Below the pieces are notes generated by a model that was not told the DNA's origin, ran no database searches, and saw nothing but the letters and a program-made list of their open reading frames with translations. Of a stretch of DNA of 64,000 nt, positions 57,783 to 64,000 are shown piece after piece (position 1 is the first letter of the stretch; every line of letters starts with the position of its first letter). Source of the DNA: an uncultured Candidatus Saccharibacteria bacterium (GTDB lineage: Bacteria; Patescibacteriota; Minisyncoccia; Phycocordibacterales; JACOZG01); assembly GCA_964591715.1 (NCBI GenBank), contig CAZQDR010000004.1, positions 375 through 64,374 of the forward strand, in the 5' to 3' direction. Made by a program: the position numbers and the translations under genes.

Positions 57783-57941
57783 ATGACTATGGACGAAGAG
57801 ACAATGCAGCAGGACAGCGTAGTTTGTCCTGAGTGCGGTAGCGACATGAAGAAGGATGGAGAAATGATGACTTGCGAGAAGTGTGGTCACACTATGCCAG
57901 CTGGCGAGGGCAGCAGCGAGGACAAGGAGGAGATGGTCTAA
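57783..57941 (+). CDS. 52-aa Met-rich zinc-ribbon microprotein, not in the ORF track
   Basis: MTMDEETMQQDSVVCPECGSDMKKDGEMMTCEKCGHTMPAGEGSSEDKEEMV; two CxxC; TATAAT upstream. Confidence 0.75.
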   Translation: MTMDEETMQQDSVVCPECGSDMKKDGEMMTCEKCGHTMPAGEGSSEDKEEMV

Positions 57942-58017
57942 GCCCGAACCGAACGCAACCACAAAAAGGGTGCTATACTCAAGGAGTAGAGCACCCTTTT
58001 TAGTCTGCAAACTCATT

Positions 58018-58596
58018 ATGAATAATACTCCCATTACGGAATCAATAGTGCTCGGCGGCGGCTGCTTTTGGTGTACCGAAGCGGTGTTTAAAATGTTGCG
58101 CGGCGTTAAGTCGGTAATGCCGGGCTATGCGGGCGGTACCAATACCAAGTCGGGCCAGTCGCCAACCTATGAGGAAGTCTCAACGGGTAAGACGGGTCAC
58201 GCCGAGGCGGTTAAAATTGTTTACGATCCACTCCTAATTAAGCTTGAGGATTTACTGACTGTCTTTTTTGCCACTCACGATCCGACCACGCCCGACCGCC
58301 AGGGTAATGACATTGGTCCCCAGTATCGCTCAATTATTTTGTATAACACGTCCGAGCAGAGAGTGGCAGCTGAAATGTTTATTAAAGAATTAAATGCCAG
58401 TAGCGCGAGTGGGGCGCCGATTGTGACCGAGCTTAAGCCGCTTAAGAACTTTTATGAAGCCGAGGACTATCACCAGGATTATTACGCCAAGAACTCGCGG
58501 CAGATGTATTGTCAGGTGGTGATCAATCCCAAGCTTGAGAAAGTCCAGCAAAAGTTTGGCGCCCTACTTGATCGCCCCGAGGAGCACGTGCGCTAA
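58018..58596 (+). CDS. msrA: Peptide methionine sulfoxide reductase A
   Basis: GGGCFWC, GYAGG, TGHAE, HDPT, QYRS and AEDYHQDYY motifs. Confidence 0.96.
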   Translation: MNNTPITESIVLGGGCFWCTEAVFKMLRGVKSVMPGYAGGTNTKSGQSPTYEEVSTGKTGHAEAVKIVYDPLLIKLEDLLTVFFATHDPTTPDRQGNDIGPQYRSIILYNTSEQRVAAEMFIKELNASSASGAPIVTELKPLKNFYEAEDYHQDYYAKNSRQMYCQVVINPKLEKVQQKFGALLDRPEEHVR

Positions 58597-58607
58597 TTTA
58601 AATTGTC

Positions 58608-60185
58608 ATGAGTTTAGTCCGCGCGAAAAATATCTATAAAAGTTACAACGAGCATCCGGTGTTGGCGGATGTCAGTTTTAGTTTGGAGCCCGGGCAAAAA
58701 GTGGCCCTGGTTGGACCCAACGGCACGGGCAAGACCACGCTCTTAAAGATTATTGCGGGATTGGAGGAAATGGAGAAAGGATCGCTCCAGTTTGCCAAAA
58801 ACTTACGCATTGGCTACCTGGCCCAAGACACTAGCCTGGCCGGCCAAGAGACGGTAGCCGAGTATTTGCGCGGCCGCCAAGAGCGCGGCGAGCCGGATTA
58901 TCACTGGCAAGTGATGCTGGCCGGTTTTGGCCTTCTAGACGAGACCCACGGGCGGCCGCTGCAAGAGCTAAGCAGTGGTCAAAAAAGCAAAGTGGCCTTG
59001 GCGGGCATCTTGCTGCGCGGCGCCGACTTATTATTGCTCGACGAACCAACCAATAATTTGGATTTGCCGGCGCTGATTTGGCTGGAGGACTTTTTGCTTA
59101 AGTCGGAGGCGGCCGCACTGGTTGTCTCGCATGACCGCCGCTTCCTTGACCGGGTGGTGCGCAAAATTTTTGAACTCGACTGGGAAACGCGCGGGCTCAA
59201 AATCAGCGGCGGTAGTTACAGCGATTATTTAATGATGGAGGTTAAGCGGCTCAATCGTCGCAAAGAGGAGTATCGCCTGCAACAGGAGGAGATTGCGCGG
59301 CTTAAAAGTGCCGTGGTGGAGAAGCGCGAGGATGCCGAGGCGGGCGCGCGCTTTGTGGGTACCGACAACGATAAATTGATTCGCGGCTTCTTTCGTGATC
59401 GGGCCAAGGGTTCGGCGCGCACGGCAACCGTCATCAATCGTCGCATTAAACGGATTAAGCGGGTGGATGATCCGGAGGAGCGTGAGCCGCTGGTGTTGGA
59501 GGTAGCCGCGGATCGCGGCACGGGCGAACTAGATTTGGCGGCGCAAAAAGTGCTGGCCGGTTACCCCGATGGTTTTAAACTCGGACCGGTAACGCTCGAC
59601 ATCCGCTTTGGTACGCGCGTGGGTATTATGGGTTTAAATGGCTCGGGCAAATCAACACTTTTAAAAACGCTGACGGGGGAGCTCGCACCGCTGGCCGGTA
59701 ACGTGAGTGTGGGCTCGGGAGTGCGTTTTGGCAACATGATGCAAGAGCACGAGAGTTTAAATCGGGAGCAGACACCGCTCGAATTTTTGCAGGCGAAGAC
59801 GACGCTCCGAGTGCAAGATATTTTTAATTTGTTAGTAAAATTTAATTTTGACGAACCGCAGATCAAAGCCGCGATTGGTACCTTAAGTCCAGGTGGTCGG
59901 GCGCGATTGCTCCTGGCCCTCTTCTCAGCCCAAGGTGTTAACACGCTGGCGCTCGATGAGCCGACTAATCATTTGGATATTGATGCCCAAGCGGCGCTTG
60001 AGGCCATGCTCGCCAGTTATGAGGGGACAGTGCTTTTGGTCTCGCACGATCGCTACTTTATTGAGCAAGCCAAATTGGATTATGTTTACGTGCTCGAAGA
60101 TAACACTTTGCATAAAATTGGCGACTACGCCGAGTATGTAGCTAAGGCCGAGGAACGGGCCAAACGCCTGTTGCGCCTCCTGTAG
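58608..60185 (+). CDS. ABC-F family ATPase
   Basis: Two NBDs (GPNGTGKT, GLNGSGKS); DEPTN and VSHDR twice; helical linker; no TM. Confidence 0.92.
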   Translation: MSLVRAKNIYKSYNEHPVLADVSFSLEPGQKVALVGPNGTGKTTLLKIIAGLEEMEKGSLQFAKNLRIGYLAQDTSLAGQETVAEYLRGRQERGEPDYHWQVMLAGFGLLDETHGRPLQELSSGQKSKVALAGILLRGADLLLLDEPTNNLDLPALIWLEDFLLKSEAAALVVSHDRRFLDRVVRKIFELDWETRGLKISGGSYSDYLMMEVKRLNRRKEEYRLQQEEIARLKSAVVEKREDAEAGARFVGTDNDKLIRGFFRDRAKGSARTATVINRRIKRIKRVDDPEEREPLVLEVAADRGTGELDLAAQKVLAGYPDGFKLGPVTLDIRFGTRVGIMGLNGSGKSTLLKTLTGELAPLAGNVSVGSGVRFGNMMQEHESLNREQTPLEFLQAKTTLRVQDIFNLLVKFNFDEPQIKAAIGTLSPGGRARLLLALFSAQGVNTLALDEPTNHLDIDAQAALEAMLASYEGTVLLVSHDRYFIEQAKLDYVYVLEDNTLHKIGDYAEYVAKAEERAKRLLRLL

Positions 60186-60255
60186 AGCTTTGTTAGAGTA
60201 AATACGGATAGTTGCTCGGACATCGATTCGCACTTACCACTGTGAAAGGGGCGGT

Positions 60256-60672
60256 ATGAGTGAAGTGATGCCAGATTTTTATACAGGAAAAGTTGGGTGG
60301 CGGAGTTGGTTGAAGCGACGTTACACCTGCGGCCATCGCGCCAGTCGGTCATTCGTGATCATCTTGCCTGGAGAGGATCGAAGATGCATCTCGCAGAGGC
60401 AGTTTTGTCCGGAGTGTTACCTGGCCGACCTGAAGAATCGGAGACCCCAAGCCCGCTGTGGCCGTTGTGGGGCCGAGATCTTGCCGGGCGATTCGGTGGC
60501 ACTTTGCTCGGCCAAGCTGCCGGGCTTGCGGCCGGATGTCACTATAGTGAACGGCGCTCATGCCTTGCTGTGTCTCAAAATGGAATGCTCATTCCCCGGA
60601 CACGCTGGTGGTTACTGGACACTGACTGGCTACCACCCGGTTTGCGAAACTATGGCTCTCGCTCAAGTTTGA
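60256..60672 (+). CDS. Hypothetical Cys-rich protein
   Basis: AAAGGGG RBS; CGH, CPEC and CGRC motifs. Confidence 0.65.
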   Translation: MSEVMPDFYTGKVGWRSWLKRRYTCGHRASRSFVIILPGEDRRCISQRQFCPECYLADLKNRRPQARCGRCGAEILPGDSVALCSAKLPGLRPDVTIVNGAHALLCLKMECSFPGHAGGYWTLTGYHPVCETMALAQV

Positions 60673-60688
60673 GCCAAGCGGCTCACAG

Positions 60689-60724
60689 AAAAAGCCGCCT
60701 GCGTCGCAGGCGGCTTTATTTTTG
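60689..60724. terminator. Bidirectional intrinsic terminator
   Basis: AAAGCCGCCTGCG-t-CGCAGGCGGCTTT with flanking A and T tracts. Confidence 0.85.
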
Positions 60725-60733
60725 GTCCAGTTT

Positions 60734-60925
60734 TTAGTCTGCGTCTTGCTCGATTTTGGGCGGGAAGGCGAAGACGAGTAAACTGATCGCACAGGCGATA
60801 AAGACCACGGTACCAAAGGTCGAGTGAGCCGGCCTCAATAGACAGCCCACAACATCGAAGTGGCCAAGCATCGTCACCGCAACGATAATGCCGGGCAACC
60901 ATCGCCACCGCACTGGCTTGTACAT
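60734..60925 (-). CDS. Small two-TM hypothetical protein
   Basis: GAGGAGGTG RBS before MYKPVRW. Confidence 0.6.
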   Translation of the reverse strand: MYKPVRWRWLPGIIVAVTMLGHFDVVGCLLRPAHSTFGTVVFIACAISLLVFAFPPKIEQDAD

Positions 60926-61054
60926 AGGCACCTCCTCTTTTTTAACGATACCACAAATCACGAGAGAGTCAATTGCCGGCCGCCCGCTTGCATTTTGGGC
61001 GGCCGGCTCTAGTATAAACGGCAGATTCCTCTAGCTATTTGAAAGGAGATAACG

Positions 61055-61870
61055 ATGGGACGAGTCTTTACGCCAACCGAGTTGGCGAAGCGTCAGTGGC
61101 CGCACCCGAGCGAGTTTACCCGGATCTTGAGCACGACAGACGGAGCACTCAAGGAGGCGCGGTCAATTGTTGCGACTTTGATCTTCGGTTCTCTGTGTTA
61201 CGAGGGTGATGATCTGCGGAGCGACATTGACTGGTTGGTGATTTACCACGACAAGAAGGCGCACGAGGCGCGAGAGCTGTTGACCACGTTGGCGCAAGCG
61301 GCGCGGGAGGCCTATGTTCCGCTTGATCTGCTTATCTTGAGTAAGCGCCAGGCGGAGAAGGGCGTGCACTCGATCGGCCCGCTCTTCCTCGGTCATCTGG
61401 CCAAGGTGGAAAAGAGCGGTGGTCACAAGGGCCAGCCGCTCCAGCTCATTAAGCCGACGGGGATTACGGCCTATCATGAGACCCAGCTGTACTTAGGTCA
61501 CAAGCTGGCAAGCTTGGAGAAGCAGTCAGTCAATCTCAATTGGGAGGATGAGAAAGCGCTGGTGACCTTGCTCCAAAAAGCGCTCGAGGCGCCGATCCAG
61601 GTGGCGCGCAAGGTGATGTCCACGCTGACGGGCGTCGAGCTTGGCGGTAAGAAAGAGGTGCTAAGCGAGTACAGCGCTCGCTTTGGTGATCAAACCAATC
61701 ACGCGTTGCGTGAGTTGGTAAATGCTGATCGGCATTATGACAATGAGTTAAAAGTCTTGCGTCGCGACTACTCTGACGAGAAGTATCGCCAGTTGCTGCG
61801 CGAGCTTTTGGACGAGGTGCCGCGCGTGCTCGACTTTCTCCAGCTCAATGCCAAAATCCTGGCGGGTTAA
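61055..61870 (+). CDS. Pol-beta-superfamily nucleotidyltransferase-domain protein
   Basis: IFGS...RSDIDWLVI...PLDL motif plus a helical C-terminal domain; AAAGGAG RBS. Confidence 0.8.
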   Translation: MGRVFTPTELAKRQWPHPSEFTRILSTTDGALKEARSIVATLIFGSLCYEGDDLRSDIDWLVIYHDKKAHEARELLTTLAQAAREAYVPLDLLILSKRQAEKGVHSIGPLFLGHLAKVEKSGGHKGQPLQLIKPTGITAYHETQLYLGHKLASLEKQSVNLNWEDEKALVTLLQKALEAPIQVARKVMSTLTGVELGGKKEVLSEYSARFGDQTNHALRELVNADRHYDNELKVLRRDYSDEKYRQLLRELLDEVPRVLDFLQLNAKILAG

Positions 61871-62353
61871 TTACTCGCCTCGGCCCTCCTCGGAGGGCCT
61901 TTTTCGTCTTTACAAAATCCGAGCTCGGGCGTACGCTTAAAGCAGACCTTGATCCATCTGGGCCCAAGCATGATAGGAGGTGAAAAAGTTCTTACTCCAA
62001 AAATTATTTGCGAGGACTGTTCACATCGCAGCCTCGCTTGCACTAAGAGGGATGTGGCGGAAGGTGGCCCAGCCGCCACTCCTACTTTTTAAGGAATCAC
62101 CCTTTGCCGTGTTGGCAATCAAACTTCAGTTGTGCGGGGAGGCTCAAGTTCCATCAAGCAAGCGCGTCCCTCCTCGCCAGCAGCCCCAGAGCAGTTCACG
62201 CTCTGGGGTTTTTTATAACTTCATTTAGCTTTTGCATAGTAATCACTTCGTTGGGTTGGCGTGTCTTCCGCGATGTGCCACCAACAGCCCGGGATATCGT
62301 GTCCCGGGTTTTTTATAAAAAAACGGACCACAATTGTGGTCCGGCCGAGGCGC

Positions 62354-62674
62354 TTAGCTGAGGTGATACTTGAGGATGTACAGTGAGCCCCAAAACAAGA
62401 CGAGGCCAATCACGACGGCCCAGCTACTGCCGGTTAAGAGGGAAAGGTTGTCGGCCACCTTGGCCTCCAAGGCCTCGAAGCGTCCAAAGTCAAAACCGGG
62501 GGGCGCGACGGGGCGCGTGTCGTACTGGTGGAGAGCGTACATGTTTTGTTGCTCCTGCTTGAGTTGAGACTTGCCGAGTCGCGCCAAAACCCAGATACAC
62601 GCGCCGATCATGACCGCGAGACCACTGCCAACCAGCACTGCCGTCACCACCCAGTAGAGCAAATCCTGCAGCAT
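62354..62674 (-). CDS. Hypothetical two-TM protein
   Basis: GGGAGGA RBS, TTGACC promoter, palindromic terminator at ~62317-62343. Confidence 0.65.
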   Translation of the reverse strand: MLQDLLYWVVTAVLVGSGLAVMIGACIWVLARLGKSQLKQEQQNMYALHQYDTRPVAPPGFDFGRFEALEAKVADNLSLLTGSSWAVVIGLVLFWGSLYILKYHLS

Positions 62675-62801
62675 GAGCTGTCCTCCCGCTTAGAGTCAAC
62701 GTGAAAGAAAGACCAGTTAAATTCGCTTATACAGTAGCACCGAGCAAATGAGTGGTCAATAAAAAAACACTGGGCCGAGACCAGTGCTTTTTAGGACCAT
62801 T

Positions 62802-63407
62802 TTACTTCTGATCCAAGAAGTTCTTTTTGTACTCCTGCCACAGCGGCAGCCACTCCTCGCGAAAGACGGCCATCATAATGTCATCAATGTAGCGACCGCA
62901 GCGAAAGTGTTGGGCCTTCTTGATGCCCTCCACTTTGTAGCCACACTTCTCCAAGCAACGCTTACTGCCCAGATTGTAGTCGTAGACGACCGAACCAATC
63001 TTGCGCAGATTGAGCGTGTTGAAGGCGTAGTCGAGCAACAACATCTTGGCCTCGGTGCCGTAGCCCTTGCCCCACAGATCCTTGCGGCCAATGATCGAGC
63101 CCGTGGCCGCCGTGCCGTGCTGGAAGCTCACATTGTGCAAGCCCATGACGCCAATGTACTCGTCGGTGTGGGCGAGCGTGAGAGCCAGGATAATGTCGCC
63201 ATCCTCGGGCCGGTTGATCTTCTTCAGATACTCCTCCTCGCGATCCAGTGTCATGGGGAACGAGATGGCAAGTCCAAGAGTGATCTCCGGGTCGTTGATC
63301 TGCTGCTGCATGGCGGGCAGGTAAGCCCGCTGGACAACCGAAAGATTGACACGCTTGCCGCGACGGAAGATAACCGCCGGCGGCGATTTTGCGGATTCGT
63401 TGTTCAT
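62802..63407 (-). CDS. GNAT N-acetyltransferase (RimJ/RimL type)
   Basis: WGKGYGTEA, YAFNTLNLRKI, NLGSKRCLEKCGY and EG motifs. Confidence 0.92.
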   Translation of the reverse strand: MNNESAKSPPAVIFRRGKRVNLSVVQRAYLPAMQQQINDPEITLGLAISFPMTLDREEEYLKKINRPEDGDIILALTLAHTDEYIGVMGLHNVSFQHGTAATGSIIGRKDLWGKGYGTEAKMLLLDYAFNTLNLRKIGSVVYDYNLGSKRCLEKCGYKVEGIKKAQHFRCGRYIDDIMMAVFREEWLPLWQEYKKNFLDQK

Positions 63408-63452
63408 ACCTTTTTCCTTGTGTTAGTGAGTAAAAGACCAATTGCTGAAACG

Positions 63453-63480
63453 AAAAAAACTCGGCTTCCGTTCAGCCGAG
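63453..63480 (-). terminator. Attenuator terminator in the GNAT leader
   Basis: CUCGGCU-gaacgga-AGCCGAG followed by U7, 45 nt upstream of the GNAT ATG. Confidence 0.8.
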
Positions 63481-63507
63481 AGTTGTGGAGTGGGAGTAAT
63501 TTAGAAT

Positions 63508-63624
63508 CTACAAATCACGGCTAAATATAAGCGCTGGGGCGTCGACGGAGGCGGACACGTAAAAAGCGCCGTCCTGCCAACGCGTAATATCCTGCGTATT
63601 TAGCTGGTGATTCATTTGTTGCAT
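63508..63624 (-). CDS. Putative 38-aa leader peptide
   Basis: MQQMNHQLNTQDITRWQDGAFYVSASVDAPALIFSRDL; begins just after TTGACC-N17-TAATCT; stop lies 27 nt before the terminator. Confidence 0.65.
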   Translation of the reverse strand: MQQMNHQLNTQDITRWQDGAFYVSASVDAPALIFSRDL

Positions 63625-63691
63625 ACGTATTTAGATTACTACAATAGATGAGAGTGGTCAACGATTAACGGACTCTGGTATAATATTGTTA

Positions 63692-64000
63692 ATGCCGGTC
63701 TCTTATCACGTTTATGTGTTTATTGATGCTTCAAATCTGTGGGAGGCCCAAAAATCGAAGGGCCACTTTCTCGATTATGCCAAAATTATTGAATATATTA
63801 GGAAAGAGTTTGCCGCCACTAGTTTAAAGTTGTTTTACTATACAGCTTATCCAAAAGATGGCACCAGAAGTTACAGCTTAGATGATCGACATAAATTTTA
63901 TACTTATCTCAAAAAGGGCTTAAACATTGCTGTTATAAAAAAGCCACTTAAACGCATTCATAAAGAGGGGGAAAGTGGTGAGGTAATTGAGGAAAAGGGT
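63692..64000 (+). CDS. NYN (LabA/DUF88, PIN-like) domain protein, 3'-truncated by the window edge
   Basis: VFIDASNL...LDY..I...FYY...KPLK...EKG; open to the window end. Confidence 0.8.
   Translation, partial: MPVSYHVYVFIDASNLWEAQKSKGHFLDYAKIIEYIRKEFAATSLKLFYYTAYPKDGTRSYSLDDRHKFYTYLKKGLNIAVIKKPLKRIHKEGESGEVIEEKG

Noticed and set aside
57883-58017. N-terminal extension of MsrA in the ORF track
   Set aside because: Overlaps the zinc-ribbon microprotein and the palindrome; ATG 58018 fits a normal MsrA
60297-60737. 146-aa alternative-frame ORF
   Set aside because: Overlaps the SD-led Cys-rich ORF and runs through its terminator
61055-61870. CBASS cyclase or CCA-adding enzyme
   Set aside because: No adjacent effector gene and no recognisable CD-NTase or CCA-specific motifs; only the generic NTase motif is visible
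62784-63524. 246-aa plus-strand ORF
   Set aside because: Antisense shadow of the GNAT and its attenuator
1-64000. CRISPR array, integron attC sites, IS elements or prophage
   Set aside because: No regularly spaced repeats and no cas, integrase, transposase or phage structural genes; cassette-flanking hairpins differ in sequence and look like ordinary terminators
1-64000. Alternative genetic code (TGA recoded)
   Set aside because: Conserved genes are full length under code 11, and several end properly at TGA (sodA, serS, dprA)

Overview
Chromosomal window of a small-genome bacterium that I infer to be a Patescibacteria/CPR (Parcubacteria-like) organism. Supporting signs: genetic code 11, a short IF2 and DnaX, an array of TrbC/VirB2-like pilins and no biosynthetic operons. 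Housekeeping genes include the 3' part of gyrA, rbfA, infB, a cysteine desulfurase, Fe/Mn SOD, clpB, rpmG, dsbA/VKOR, type II NADH dehydrogenase, miaA, parB, topA, dprA, serS, an ftsQ-like gene, dus, dnaX, gnd/pgl, a DEAD-box helicase, a MacAB-type exporter, msrA and an ABC-F protein, plus 9 tRNAs. Between them lie about 20 stand-alone accessory cassettes; many have a recognisable sigma70-like promoter, a Shine-Dalgarno (SD) leader and an intrinsic terminator, whereas many core genes look leaderless. No integrase, transposase, CRISPR array or rRNA was seen. Best leads: (i) a CsrA-response-regulator fusion, a GGA-rich transcribed RNA and the SD/leaderless split, which together could be a phosphorylation-gated translational control system for the accessory genes; (ii) a complete leader-peptide/antiterminator/terminator attenuator upstream of a GNAT; (iii) small ORFs missed by the track, including a type I toxin-like peptide and a Met-rich Zn-ribbon next to msrA; (iv) a GT2-DedA-GT2-sphingomyelin-synthase-like lipid remodelling operon. 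All calls were made by eye; no database searches were run.
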